Part shown: piece by piece, positions 27,599 through 37,619 of the stretch
Position numbering within the stretch: the first letter of the stretch is position 1
Layout of the letters: every line of letters starts with the position of its first letter
DNA from: Nitrosopumilaceae archaeon
Lineage (GTDB): Archaea > Thermoproteota > Nitrososphaeria > Nitrososphaerales > Nitrosopumilaceae
Assembly: GCA_965203465.1 (NCBI GenBank)
Contig: CBDBCR010000003.1
Coordinates: 128,001-192,000, forward strand
DNA: 64,000 nucleotides
Direction: 5' to 3'
The notes under the pieces: model-generated
What the model was told of the DNA's origin: nothing
Seen by the model: only the letters and a program-made list of their open reading frames with translations
The model's database searches: none
Program-made: the position numbers and the translations under genes

Positions 27599-28521
27599 CT
27601 CCGGCTCAGCGCCCGCAGGAAAACCACCCTGCCCCCGGTGCCGAAGCCCGACCCCTTGCGGAGCACGAACGACCGCACGGCCAAGTTTATGCACATGATA
27701 ATAAATATCAACACGAGGGCCGCGCCCCACCCGTGGAGTTGCGCGTCCTCGTAGGGTAGCAGGGAGAGCGTCCAGATGCGCAGCGGCAGCGCGTCCATCG
27801 GAACCCCGAACCCGCCGAAGAACTGGCTGCTGCCCAGTATCGTAAAGAGCAGCGGCGCGGTCTCGCCGCCCACGCGCGAGACCGCCAGCAGTATCCCGGT
27901 GAGCATGCCGTTCTTGGCCGCCGAGAGCGCCACGCGCATCGTAATGACCGACTTTTGCAGGCCCAGCGCCACGCCGGCCTCGCGGTACGTGTACGGCACC
28001 ATCTTCAGGGATTCCTCGGTGGTGCGCGCCACGATGGGGAACATTATGAGGGCGAGGGCGAAAGCGCCTGCCCAGAGCGAAAAGTGTCCCAGCAGCAACA
28101 CTATGACCAAAAACGCGAATATGCCGATCACTATGGATGGAAACTCCATGAACACGTCGGTAAAGAACCTCACCGTGCGCGCCAGCCTCCCCTCGCCGAA
28201 CTCGGCCAGGTATATCCCCGAAAAGATCCCGATGGGCACGCCCATGAGGGCAGAGAGGCCCAGGACGATGAACGTGCCCTGTATGGCAGGCCCGATGCCC
28301 CCCTCGCCGCTGCCGGCCGCGCCGGGCACCTCGGTCAGGAACTCGTAGCTGAGCGCCCAGACGCCGTTGCGGACCACCTCGAAGAGTATGCTGCCCAGCG
28401 GCACGATGGCCACCACGACGGCTGCCACCACGACGGCGCGCACGGCCCTGTCTGCCAGCAGGCGCCTGCGCATGTTGTCGCGGAACAGCGAGCGGTAGTA
28501 CTGCCTCTTGGAGAGGGTCAA
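27595..28521 (-). CDS. pstA: Phosphate ABC transporter permease
   Basis: [32 protein letters not shown]; TTG start overlapping pstC stop. Confidence 0.93.
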   Translation of the reverse strand: MTLSKRQYYRSLFRDNMRRRLLADRAVRAVVVAAVVVAIVPLGSILFEVVRNGVWALSYEFLTEVPGAAGSGEGGIGPAIQGTFIVLGLSALMGVPIGIFSGIYLAEFGEGRLARTVRFFTDVFMEFPSIVIGIFAFLVIVLLLGHFSLWAGAFALALIMFPIVARTTEESLKMVPYTYREAGVALGLQKSVITMRVALSAAKNGMLTGILLAVSRVGGETAPLLFTILGSSQFFGGFGVPMDALPLRIWTLSLLPYEDAQLHGWGAALVLIFIIMCINLAVRSFVLRKGSGFGTGGRVVFLRALSRR

Positions 28522-29474
28522 TTGTTTATGGCCCCCTCGCGCACGCGTAGCATACGGGTCACCAGCAGGTGCGCCACGATGTTGATCGACATGGCCACGG
28601 CCAGCAGTATCAGCGCAAGCCCGAGCAGGGCCGGCACCTGCAGCGAACCGGGCGTGGCCTCGGCGAACTCGTTGGCCAGTATGCTGGCGATCGACTGGCC
28701 CGGCGAAAAGAGCGTGTCGGCCAGTGCGTTGGGCCCGATGGCGTTGCCTATGAGCATGGTCACGGCCATTGTCTCGCCCACGGCCCTGCCCAGGCCCAGT
28801 ATCGAGGCGCCCACGAGGCCGGTCTTGGAGTACGGAAAGACCGCCAGCTTGAACATCTCCCAGCGCGTGGCGCCCAGCATGTAGGCGGCCTCCTTTTGCT
28901 GCTGCGGGACAGCCTTCATTATCTCGCGCGAGACGGCCGAGACGGTCGGTATTATCATTATGGCCAGTATCACGCTGGCGGTCAGTATGTCGAGGCCGAA
29001 CGGGCGCGAGCCCAAGAACCAGACGTGCTCCCCCAGCGCCCCGTACAGCGGGTTCTCGACGGTGTCCAGGAAGAACCCGCGGAACACGTACAGCCCCCAC
29101 AGCCCGTATATGACGCTGGGCACCGCGGCGAGCAGCTCCACGACGAACCCCAGCGGCCCCGAGATCCTCGATGGGGCGTCCGAGAGGAACATGGCGATGC
29201 CGATGCTGAGCGGCACGCCCATGGCCATGGCCAGCCCCGCCGTGACCAGCGTCCCGAATATGTACGGCAACGCCCCGTACGATTCTCGCCCCTCGACCGC
29301 GTTCCAGTCCGTCTTGGTGACGAACCCGAGGCCCTCCTTTTCCCAGATGGGCCACGATTCGGTCGCCAGCTGGAAGACCATCAGCGCGATGACGACGAGG
29401 ACGAAGACGCCCGCCAGCATGCAGCCGGCGCGGAACAGCCTGTCGCCAATAGGGGCGCGCCGGCGTCGCAGCAA
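28518..29474 (-). CDS. pstC: Phosphate ABC transporter permease
   Basis: [38 protein letters not shown]. Confidence 0.94.
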   Translation of the reverse strand: MLRRRRAPIGDRLFRAGCMLAGVFVLVVIALMVFQLATESWPIWEKEGLGFVTKTDWNAVEGRESYGALPYIFGTLVTAGLAMAMGVPLSIGIAMFLSDAPSRISGPLGFVVELLAAVPSVIYGLWGLYVFRGFFLDTVENPLYGALGEHVWFLGSRPFGLDILTASVILAIMIIPTVSAVSREIMKAVPQQQKEAAYMLGATRWEMFKLAVFPYSKTGLVGASILGLGRAVGETMAVTMLIGNAIGPNALADTLFSPGQSIASILANEFAEATPGSLQVPALLGLALILLAVAMSINIVAHLLVTRMLRVREGAINN

Positions 29475-29582
29475 CGCCTGCCCGGAGGCGGCAGGCCATA
29501 ACTAGGAACCGGATGCGATTTACGGTGGGTATGTTCTTCTATATAGATTATAGGCCAAACCGTAAACACGGCCCCCGGATGC

Positions 29583-30614
29583 ATGCACCGCGTGGAGAGC
29601 CAGACGCGGCGCATACAGCTGAGCGGCGGCTCCACCTACACCGTCTCGCTGCCCAAGGCGTGGATGGACGGCATGGGGGCGGGCGCCGGCGATCAGGTCA
29701 CCCTCGTGCGCGGCCAGGACAGCTCCATGACCATGTTCGCCGCCTCCGAGCCGGCCCGCCGCCCCGGGGCGACCATCGCGATAAGCCGCTCTGACACCGC
29801 AGAGTCGGTCAAGCGCAAGATGATAGCCGCGTACTTGGGAGGGTACTCTTCCATCCGCGTCGTCTCCAGGGGGGGCAGGATACGGCCCGACTATGCGCGC
29901 GAGCTCAAGGCCCTGGTCAAGACCTCGATGGTCGGGACAGAGGTGGTCGAATCGAGCTCCGAGTCGATAGCCGTGCAGGTGCTAGCCAGGCTGCCCGAGC
30001 TCTCGTTCGAGGCCGCGCTCGGCCGCATGCACACGATGGCCGCCTCGATGCACCGCGAGGCCATGGAGGCCCTGCTGGCCGCCGACGCGGCTGGCAGCGA
30101 GGAGGTGGCCCGCATGGACGACGAGGTGGACCGCTTCGGGCTGTACATGAGGAGGAACCTGTCCGCCTCGGTGGGCGACGCCAACGTGCTCCGCGAGATG
30201 GGGCTCAGGCAGGCGTCCGACTGCCTGGGGTACAGGGCCGTCATCACCAGGATAGAGAGGGTCGCCGACCACGCCGTCGCGATAGCAAAGCGCACCAAGT
30301 TCCTAGACGGGCGCATCGGGCAGGGGCTGGCCGGCGGGATGGAGAATCTGTCGGAGGGCGCGCTGAAAGTCTTCGGGGGCGCGTTCGGCGCGCTCGTCCG
30401 CAGGGACTACGGGGCCGCCGAGGCGGTCGCCGCCGAGGCGGCCCGCGTGGTCGAGGAGGAAAAGTCGCTCATGTCTGGCGTGCGCGACTCGGACCGCAAC
30501 GCGGGCGTGGCCAGGTTCGTCTTGGAGGACATCAGGAGGGTGGCCGAGTACTCGGAGGACATCGCCGAGGTGGCCATAGACCAGAACATAGATTCGGTCA
30601 TAGGCGTGGGGTAG
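29583..30614 (+). CDS. Archaeal phosphate uptake regulator (AbrB + PhoU domains)
   Basis: RRIQLSGGSTYTVSLPKAW N-terminus; DDEVDRF, ERVADHA, RRVAEYSEDIAE. Confidence 0.92.
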   Translation: MHRVESQTRRIQLSGGSTYTVSLPKAWMDGMGAGAGDQVTLVRGQDSSMTMFAASEPARRPGATIAISRSDTAESVKRKMIAAYLGGYSSIRVVSRGGRIRPDYARELKALVKTSMVGTEVVESSSESIAVQVLARLPELSFEAALGRMHTMAASMHREAMEALLAADAAGSEEVARMDDEVDRFGLYMRRNLSASVGDANVLREMGLRQASDCLGYRAVITRIERVADHAVAIAKRTKFLDGRIGQGLAGGMENLSEGALKVFGGAFGALVRRDYGAAEAVAAEAARVVEEEKSLMSGVRDSDRNAGVARFVLEDIRRVAEYSEDIAEVAIDQNIDSVIGVG

Positions 30615-30699
30615 GGGCGCCCTTTCCGGCAGCGCGTCTCCGCGGGTAGCGCAGCCCGGACGCGTGCGTTTCTGCCCATTTGTCGCATGTTCCCGTCCG

Positions 30700-30779
30700 T
30701 TCTGGCGATCGCGGAAGATTTCGCCCCGCGCCCGTCCGACGTGCGGCGGGCGAGGCGAAATTTTCGACGCCCGCCGGAA
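30700..30779. mobile_element. 80-bp MITE derived from the IS630 at 6960-8063
   Basis: Left end 22/27 and right end 23/27 identical to IS630 TIRs; flanks CG and CA (decayed TA). Confidence 0.8.
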
Positions 30780-30912
30780 CAGACGCCGGCCTGCGCCATC
30801 GCGTGCCTGACCGCGTCGGGCGGCGAGGCGTCTGCCAAGAACCGGCGCCTCAGCAGACAGATGCGAGATTTGCGACCCAAAGTATAAAACCGCGCGCGGC
30901 GCACGCAGCACC

Positions 30913-31125
30913 ATGGGAGTGGTAGCCCGCGGCGCAAAGTGCAACGTGGACGGGTGCGACAAGGACGGCGCTCGCTCCATAAACACCACGAGGGTCGAGA
31001 ACGCCGGCCTGCGCATCACCGGCGCCGGAAAAAAGTCCGTCCTCTGCAAGCCCCACTACAAGGAATACAAGAAGGAGTCAAAGGGCGACAGGGATCTGGA
31101 GCGCGCAAGGTACGACAGGTTCTAG
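30913..31125 (+). CDS. Small conserved Zn-binding protein
   Basis: CNVDGC...LCKPHYKEYKK; TATA (GTATAAAA) upstream. Confidence 0.75.
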   Translation: MGVVARGAKCNVDGCDKDGARSINTTRVENAGLRITGAGKKSVLCKPHYKEYKKESKGDRDLERARYDRF

Positions 31126-31369
31126 GCGGGCCGTCCGGCCCCGGGCGCGTCCGGCGCGCTCGGTCCTGCAGGCGGGCGCTTCCGATCGGGCGCGCCCCGG
31201 AAAAGGGGCACTTGTCGCGGCGGCGGCACGCAATTGTGTTTATATTATCGAGCCCGGCGCAATGCGCCACGTCCGTCACGCTAAAGCCGACCAACCCGTA
31301 CATGTACGTTCCAGAGGACAAACTGCCATCATAAGGGACGATTTTCTAAAGTCCGAGTTTGCGGGCAAG

Positions 31370-31522
31370 ATGGACTTTGAGCGGTACCTTACGCTGCTGC
31401 ACGAGGAAGACGACGTCACGCCCGAAGAGATGCTGGACATCATCGCGGGCAGGGATTCGAGCGGGGGAAAGACGTTCTCTAATGCAAAAGATCTGATAGA
31501 GTACATAAACAGGAATGGCTGA
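31370..31522 (+). CDS. Putative antitoxin (start uncertain)
   Basis: Acidic small ORF ending 'KTFSNAKDLIEYIN', overlaps toxin start. Confidence 0.6.
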   Translation: MDFERYLTLLHEEDDVTPEEMLDIIAGRDSSGGKTFSNAKDLIEYINRNG

Positions 31523-31784
31523 CTGGACGACGAGATCCGAGGCCACGTTTGACGGCCAGTTTAAACGCATCGGACATGAGAGGCAGTTGCGCGTGTCCGC
31601 GGCGATTGATGTTCTCACGGCATCTGTAGATCCTACAGTCTTGGGAAAGTACAAAAATCACGCAGGCGCGTTCGCTTACGAGATAGGCAGAAGCGACAGG
31701 CCGCTATACAGGCTGGATCGTCCCCGCAACGAGATAGTCTTGTTGCGGGTGTGCGATCACAAGTCCGTCTACGGCCGCGGCTAG
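31515..31784 (+). CDS. RelE/ParE-family toxin
   Basis: 89 aa; 'TFDGQFKRI', 'YEIGRSDRPLY', 'IVLLRVCDHKSVY'. Confidence 0.78.
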   Translation: MADWTTRSEATFDGQFKRIGHERQLRVSAAIDVLTASVDPTVLGKYKNHAGAFAYEIGRSDRPLYRLDRPRNEIVLLRVCDHKSVYGRG

Positions 31785-31901
31785 TCGATCGGAACACGGC
31801 GAGCTTTCCGCGGCGAGCGCTTTTTGGCAGCCCGGCGCACCGCGGGCGCCTGCATGCAGAACTGCCGGCTCCGGCAGAGCGGAACCCGTGATGCGCGCCG
31901 C

Positions 31902-33203
31902 CTATCCTGAACCCTCGCACCCGGACATGGCCTCGGCTGCGCACTCGTCGGCCCCGTCGCCGCCGTCCGCCTCGTCCAGGCCTTCGCCCCCCCAGAGGCG
32001 GTCGTCCCCGGAGAACCCCAACAGGCGGTCGTCGCCTTCGCCGCCGTACACCGCGTCGTCGCCCGGACCTGCAAAGATCAGGTCGTCGCCCGGCCCCCCC
32101 AGCAGGCAGTCGTCGCCGCCGTGGCCCGAGACCGCGTCGTCGCCTCCCAGCGCGAACACCGCGTCGGCGGAGCCGGTCCCCTCGATGACGTCGCCGGCGG
32201 GGGTGCCGACGATTATGTTGTACGCGGACGGCGGCATTGGGCAGTGCCAGTCGCCGGCCGCGTCAAAGACGCTCGGGGCGTCGTGCAGAAAGTAATGGCC
32301 AGAGTACGGCGTGGAGAACTTTAGCACCCGGTGGCCCATCATGTCTACTACGTACAGCGCCCCCGAGCCGGACAGCGCCAGGTCGGCGCCGGAGCCGAAG
32401 CCGCCCAGCGGCCCGCGCCTCTCCGAGACGCTCAGGTACCCGTCCTGCTCCTGCTGCAGGTGCACCAGCCTGCCGTCGGCGGAGTTGAGCGCAAACAGCG
32501 AGCCGTCCGGCGCCGGCGCCACCGACACGGGCGAAAACTCCCAGCCGGGCGACGCCGGCCGTATCGTCCCTGCGTGCGAGCCGTCCGGGCCGAACTTTAC
32601 TATCTTGGAGCCGAGCCGGTCTGCCGCGTACACGTAGCCGTCGCGGCCGGCCGCCACGTCTGATATCCCGACGAACTCCCCGTCGCCGGTCCCCGACGAG
32701 CCCATCGAGCGCAGAAACTGCCCGTCCGGCGAGAACGCCTGCACGCGGGCGTTTCCGTAGTCGGCCACATAGACCGTACCGTCCAGAGAGACCGCCACGG
32801 GCCCCGGGTTGCGCAGCTGCCCCTCGCCCGAGCCCGTCCCGCCCCACTCGAACAGGAACCTGCCGGAAAGATCGAACGCCTGCACCCTGTCAAGATCGCG
32901 GTCCGAGACGTACGCGCGCCCCGAGTGGACGGCGAGGCCCGCAGGCTCGTGGAACTGCCCCTCCCCGGTGCCGCTGCTGCCCCAGTCGCGGGCGTAGGCG
33001 CCGTCCTCGAAGACCTGCACGCGCTTGTTGCCGTAGTCGGCCACGTACAGCAGGCCGCCGGGCCCCTCGGCCGCCTGCAGGGGGTGCGAGAGCGCGCCCG
33101 GCTCCCGTATGCCGAACTGGCCTATCTGGCCCTGCTGCTCGTAGCCTGCGTGCGCCAGGGCCGGCGCCGCCAGCACCGCCAGCACGAGGAGGGCCGCCTT
33201 CAT
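31902..33203 (-). CDS. Secreted NHL-repeat beta-propeller with RTX-type Ca-binding repeats
   Basis: Signal peptide; YVADYGN.RVQ.F...GSSGTGEGQF repeats; C-terminal GGxGDD nonapeptides. Confidence 0.9.
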   Translation of the reverse strand: MKAALLVLAVLAAPALAHAGYEQQGQIGQFGIREPGALSHPLQAAEGPGGLLYVADYGNKRVQVFEDGAYARDWGSSGTGEGQFHEPAGLAVHSGRAYVSDRDLDRVQAFDLSGRFLFEWGGTGSGEGQLRNPGPVAVSLDGTVYVADYGNARVQAFSPDGQFLRSMGSSGTGDGEFVGISDVAAGRDGYVYAADRLGSKIVKFGPDGSHAGTIRPASPGWEFSPVSVAPAPDGSLFALNSADGRLVHLQQEQDGYLSVSERRGPLGGFGSGADLALSGSGALYVVDMMGHRVLKFSTPYSGHYFLHDAPSVFDAAGDWHCPMPPSAYNIIVGTPAGDVIEGTGSADAVFALGGDDAVSGHGGDDCLLGGPGDDLIFAGPGDDAVYGGEGDDRLLGFSGDDRLWGGEGLDEADGGDGADECAAEAMSGCEGSG

Positions 33204-33261
33204 GCCTGCTGCTCGCCGCGTCCGCAAAAGACCCCCCGTGTCATGAAAAGTTGAGCTGTTG

Positions 33262-34035
33262 TCAAAAAGGCTTGTTTACTTCCCGCGTGAACGTATAGCT
33301 GGTCACCGCCACCATGGCGGCGGCAAAGGCGGCCACGACGGCCAGCGAAAAGAGCGCCGGCACGTCCGATGCTCCCCCCATCATGTCGCGCACCAGCAGT
33401 ACGGCGTACGTGACGGGGTTGAGGCGGGCCAGCGCCTCCAGCCAGCCGGGCAGCAGCGAGAGCGGAAAGAGCGCCGGGCTGAGCATGAACAGCGGCATGC
33501 CCAAGAAGTTGATCACGCCCCAGAACGTCTCCTGCGACTTTGCCACGGCCGCCACGGTCACCGATATGCCGGAAAAGCCCAGCGAAAAGAGCACCACCAG
33601 CGCCATGATGGGGGCCACCATGAGCGGATCCGTAAACGAGACGCCTATGGCCAGGGCTATGCCCAGCACCAGGCTGGCCTGCAGGGCGGCGATGAGCGAG
33701 ATGGCCAGCATCTTGCCCAGCGCTATCGAGACGCGCGAGACCGGGCAGGTCAGCGCCTTGCCCATGAACCCGTACCTCCTGTCCCAGAGCGTGTTGACGC
33801 CGCCGAATATGCTCGTGAATATGGCAGTCAGCATGATGACGCCCGGCGCCATGAACTCGATGTACTGCCCGTCGAAGCCGGCCGCCTCTATGAGCGGCTG
33901 CGTGCCGGCGAACGTGTTGCCCACCACTATTATCCAGACGGCCGGCTGTATGAGGCGTATGAGCACGCCGCTGCGCGACTTGCGGTACCTCTTCATCTCG
34001 CGCCAGAATATGGCGTACGTGTCCGCGTGCAGCAT
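33262..34035 (-). CDS. ABC-2 type exporter permease (DrrB-like)
   Basis: YIEFMAPG, DRRYGF, LSPALFPLSLLPGWL, NPVTY. Confidence 0.9.
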   Translation of the reverse strand: MLHADTYAIFWREMKRYRKSRSGVLIRLIQPAVWIIVVGNTFAGTQPLIEAAGFDGQYIEFMAPGVIMLTAIFTSIFGGVNTLWDRRYGFMGKALTCPVSRVSIALGKMLAISLIAALQASLVLGIALAIGVSFTDPLMVAPIMALVVLFSLGFSGISVTVAAVAKSQETFWGVINFLGMPLFMLSPALFPLSLLPGWLEALARLNPVTYAVLLVRDMMGGASDVPALFSLAVVAAFAAAMVAVTSYTFTREVNKPF

Positions 34036-35024
34036 CAGGCCCTCAGCCTCTTCATCTTGTAGTGCTCTTTCTTGCGGTCGAACCGCTCGCCGTCGCGCAG
34101 ATCCCGCCCCGTGTGCTTTACGAACACGTCGTCGAGGGTGGGCCCGCTCATCGAGACCGAGCGCACGCGCGCGCCGGCCGCCGCGCACGCCTCGAATATG
34201 CGCGGCACCGTCGAGGCGCCGTCCCTCGTGTGGAGCGTGGCCGTCTCTGCGCGCGCCGAGGCGCCGATCACGCCCGGGATGGCGCGCAGAGCTTCGAGCA
34301 GCGGGGCCGCCTCGGATCCGATCTCGACGCGTATGGCGTCGTCGCCCAGGGCCGCCTTGAGCGAGCCGGGCGAATCGAGCACCTGCACCCTGCCGCCGTC
34401 CACTATGGCCACCCTGTCGCAGAGCCGGTCGGCCTCCTCCATGTAGTGCGTGGACAAAAACACGCACACGTCGTACTCGTCGTGTATCTTGCGCACATAG
34501 TCCCAGATCTTGCGGCGCGTCTGTATGTCTAGGCCGACTGTCGGCTCGTCAAGGAACAGCACGTCGGGCCTGTGGAGCAGGCCGGCGGCTATGTCGAGGC
34601 GCTTGCGCATGCCCCCCGAGTACGATATGACAGCCTCGTGCTGCCTCTCTTCGAGCTCCACTACGGAGAGCATCTCGTCTATGCGGGGGCCGGCCGAGCC
34701 CCCGCCTATGTGGCTGAGCCTGGCCTGCAGCTGCAGGTTCTCGCGGCCGGTCAGGTACTCGTCTACGGTCGTCTCCTGCTGCACGTACCCGATGTGGCGC
34801 CTCACGCCCGAGGCGCTGCGCGCGACGTCGTGGCCGGCGACCGTGGCCCTGCCCGACGTGGGGCGCAGCAGCGTGGTCAGCATCATCATGGTGGTGCTCT
34901 TGCCTGCGCCGTTGGGGCCCAGGAACCCGAACATCTCGGCGTCGTCTACCTCGAAGGACACGGAATCGACCGCGCGCACCTTGCCGAACGTGCGCGTGAG
35001 CCCGGAGGCGGATATGGCGGTCAA
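34035..35024 (-). CDS. ABC exporter ATPase (DrrA-like)
   Basis: GPNGAGKST, YSGGMRKRL, DEPTVGLD, THYMEEAD. Confidence 0.94.
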   Translation of the reverse strand: MTAISASGLTRTFGKVRAVDSVSFEVDDAEMFGFLGPNGAGKSTTMMMLTTLLRPTSGRATVAGHDVARSASGVRRHIGYVQQETTVDEYLTGRENLQLQARLSHIGGGSAGPRIDEMLSVVELEERQHEAVISYSGGMRKRLDIAAGLLHRPDVLFLDEPTVGLDIQTRRKIWDYVRKIHDEYDVCVFLSTHYMEEADRLCDRVAIVDGGRVQVLDSPGSLKAALGDDAIRVEIGSEAAPLLEALRAIPGVIGASARAETATLHTRDGASTVPRIFEACAAAGARVRSVSMSGPTLDDVFVKHTGRDLRDGERFDRKKEHYKMKRLRA

Positions 35025-35155
35025 CGCCCGGGCGGGCCGCCGTCCAATTATAAACCGCCCGCCGCCTAGTAGCCGGCGGGCCGGAAGTCGGCCGCCCGAA
35101 TGCGCGGGCCGCCCCGCGCGAAAGGCAGATTAACCCCGCGCCCTCCGCGCGCGGC

Positions 35156-35248
35156 ATGCGGGGCCTCTGCCACAGGTGCAACTCGTCCAACGTCGAGGTC
35201 GAGATAAAGGACGGCACGCCCGTCTGCAGGGCGTGCCTGGAAAGCTAG
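35156..35248 (+). CDS. 30-aa CxxC/CxxC zinc-finger microprotein
   Basis: Not in ORF track; MRGLCHRCNSSNVEVEIKDGTPVCRACLES*; GATTAAC TATA-like box about 25 nt upstream. Confidence 0.7.
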   Translation: MRGLCHRCNSSNVEVEIKDGTPVCRACLES

Positions 35249-35691
35249 GACTTGTACTCGTCCTTTGTGGACCGCAGTATGACCTTCTCGCCTATTCCCC
35301 AGATCTCGGTCTTTGAGACGATGCTCGTGTGTATCAGGCCGTCCTTGACCTCGATGGACTCGATCTCGTGGGTCTGCGGGTTCTTGTGCACCTTTTTGAC
35401 GCTGCCTATCTTGTGGCCGTCGATGTCGACGACGTCCACGTTGACGCGCACCGGCGCGGTGCTCAGCAGCAGCGTCTCCTGGGTGAACCTGTCGATGTAG
35501 TCGTCCCCTAGGAAGTAGTCGCGGCGGAAGCCCTGGTGGACCGTCACTCCGGCCACCCGCAGGGCGTCCTGGTCGATGTGTATGTGCTTGACCTTGCCGT
35601 AGCTGATGCCTTCCCGGTCGACGACCCTCCTGCCGACGAACTTGTCGGCGGTCGTCATCTTGGAGGTGAGCCCCTCCAGTTTCGTAGACAT
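35245..35691 (-). CDS. Tandem PRC-barrel protein
   Basis: GRRVVDREG..YGKV..I and VVDIDGHKIGSV repeats. Confidence 0.8.
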   Translation of the reverse strand: MSTKLEGLTSKMTTADKFVGRRVVDREGISYGKVKHIHIDQDALRVAGVTVHQGFRRDYFLGDDYIDRFTQETLLLSTAPVRVNVDVVDIDGHKIGSVKKVHKNPQTHEIESIEVKDGLIHTSIVSKTEIWGIGEKVILRSTKDEYKS

Positions 35692-35799
35692 GGCGCCTTA
35701 TGGCCGAATCCCCTTAAGAGGGCCGCGGGTCGCGCCCGCGCAACCAATGGTCTAAATCAGTTGACCCGATTATATTGGGCGCGCCCGCCCCGGGCGGCG

Positions 35800-36111
35800 T
35801 TGTCCTTCAAGGCGGTGCTGACCACCAGGGGCAGGGTCACGGGCAGGCCCCATTCCAAGACCCTGCGGGCAGTCCGGATGGGCCGGACTCTGTACTTTAC
35901 CCGCCGCATGCCCGACAGCGACTGGTTCCTCAACGCCCTAGCGGACGGCCGCGTGAGCGTCTCGCTGGACGGCCGGACCGTAAAAGGCTCGGCGTTCCGC
36001 GTGGAGGACGAGGGGCTGCTGGCCACGATATCGGAGGCAAAGTACCCCGGCCAGGCGCGCGCGTCCGAGCCGCGCGTCGGAATCGGCGTCAGGCTATGCG
36101 GACCAGAGTAG
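35800..36111 (+). CDS. Deazaflavin (F420)-dependent nitroreductase-like split-barrel protein
   Basis: LTTRGRVTGRPH, SDWFLNALADGRV; TTG start inferred. Confidence 0.75.
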   Translation: MSFKAVLTTRGRVTGRPHSKTLRAVRMGRTLYFTRRMPDSDWFLNALADGRVSVSLDGRTVKGSAFRVEDEGLLATISEAKYPGQARASEPRVGIGVRLCGPE

Positions 36112-36715
36112 TGACGCCGCGCCTGTCCGTCTCGACGCCGCCGCCCACCTCGACGACCGTCACGGTGAACGAGACCAGATCGCCCGGCGAGGCCGAGCTC
36201 GCGTCGAGCGGTATCTGCATGTCCATGGATTCGTGCTCGGCGGAGCCGGGATCGTCTGGCATGCGGGCCTCGAACGTGGAATCGACGCGGAAGCGCGCGC
36301 TGCCGTAGTGGAACCCGAGGCGCGTGAGCCTGCCGTCCCTGCCGTGCGCGCGCACCCTGACCGGCACCGTGCCGGCGGTGGCCGTCGCGTAGCCGGGCGC
36401 CGAGTTGACGAACACGCCGAGCTGGAACGGCCTGCCGGCGGTGGCCTCGGCCATCTTTTGTATGCCGTCGTTCATCACCACGTCTATGGCGCGTATGGTG
36501 CCTGCCGCCTCCAGCCACCGCGCGCACTGTGAGGCAGCCGACGATATGCCGGCCCTGCGCCGCCGGTCCTCGTCGGCCGGCAGCTTGTAGTACTCTACCC
36601 ACGCCTCGTAGTCGGGCACCATGCTCCCGACGAACTCGGCGCACGTGCGCCGGTACGAGCCGGGATCGTCGGTGCGCTCCCCGCCCGAATCGGACATGTC
36701 GAGGGGCATCGCCAT
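36089..36715 (-). CDS. Hypothetical protein (possible C-terminal beta-sandwich)
   Basis: 208-aa ORF; alternating beta-strand pattern at C-terminus. Confidence 0.5.
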   Translation of the reverse strand: MAMPLDMSDSGGERTDDPGSYRRTCAEFVGSMVPDYEAWVEYYKLPADEDRRRRAGISSAASQCARWLEAAGTIRAIDVVMNDGIQKMAEATAGRPFQLGVFVNSAPGYATATAGTVPVRVRAHGRDGRLTRLGFHYGSARFRVDSTFEARMPDDPGSAEHESMDMQIPLDASSASPGDLVSFTVTVVEVGGGVETDRRGVTTLVRIA

Positions 36716-36787
36716 GCTGGCCGGCCGGCGCCCTCCGGTAAAAAACGATCCGCCATCTCTTTATAGGCGCGCGGGCCGGTTGCGGGC

Positions 36788-37252
36788 GTGTCGTTCTCGG
36801 CGCTGGCCTCGGACCTGCAGGCGGCCCTCAGGAAGGACATGGCGCAGATAAGGTACACCATGTCAAAGAGCCCCGCGCAGGCATACGCGCTGATAAACGA
36901 AAAGGGCCGCGCGGTCGGGGCCCCGCGCGGCGTGGAGCTGGTCGTCAACTTTCCGCACGACGGCAAGATACTAGAGTACGAAAAGTACGGCGCGCGCGAC
37001 CTGAGCCTGATAATCGACAAGGAGCGCACCAGGTTCCCCGTGCCGCGCGAGGCGATAAAAAAAGAGGCGGCCCGCATAGACGGGGCCAGCTCCGAGGACG
37101 CGTACATGTACGAGGGCAAGGAGGGCGTGCGCGTGCGCCTGCCCGGCGGCCGCATAGACGTGCTGCCCCACTCGCTCCACGTCTGGTGCGAGTTCGGCCC
37201 GCAGGTCTCGGGGTTCTGCGACTGGCTCATGCGCGAGGTCTACGGGCTATAG
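36788..37252 (+). CDS. Conserved hypothetical protein
   Basis: 154 aa, typical codon usage, TTTATA upstream. Confidence 0.7.
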   Translation: MSFSALASDLQAALRKDMAQIRYTMSKSPAQAYALINEKGRAVGAPRGVELVVNFPHDGKILEYEKYGARDLSLIIDKERTRFPVPREAIKKEAARIDGASSEDAYMYEGKEGVRVRLPGGRIDVLPHSLHVWCEFGPQVSGFCDWLMREVYGL

Positions 37253-37588
37253 CTGGCCCCGTATGCGGGCCGCCTCGTCGTTGCCCGGATCCGATTCCAG
37301 TATCTGATCGCAGCACCTGCGCGCCTCGTCGCGCTCGCCCAGCCGCAGGTGGACGTTGGTCTTTAGCTGGAGCGCCTCGGTGTCGCCCGGCAGGGCCCGC
37401 AGCGCGCGCTCCAGGTACGAGAGCGACTGCCGGTCGTCCTCGACGATGTAGAATATGCTGCCCATGATGAACAGGTAGTCTGGGTCGGCGCCGAACTCGC
37501 CCTCCAGCGAGCGGCCGAACTCGACGGCCTCGGCGTACTCGCCGCGCGAGACCATCTTGCGCAGCTTGCGCTTTGGGTACCGGAACAA
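37247..37588 (-). CDS. TPR-repeat protein
   Basis: GEYAEAV, YLERALRALPGDTEAL, EARRCCDQILESDPGN. Confidence 0.8.
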   Translation of the reverse strand: MFRYPKRKLRKMVSRGEYAEAVEFGRSLEGEFGADPDYLFIMGSIFYIVEDDRQSLSYLERALRALPGDTEALQLKTNVHLRLGERDEARRCCDQILESDPGNDEAARIRGQL

Positions 37589-37619
37589 CGCCGGCCGCTT
37601 CCCGGCGCCCCTTAAAGAC

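Noticed and set aside
27595-29499. Apparent 634-aa PstA fusion; similar apparent fusions at 46486-48507, 52905-54434 and 53513-54856
   Set aside because: N-terminal parts are off-frame read-through of the upstream gene; true starts overlap the upstream stop codons
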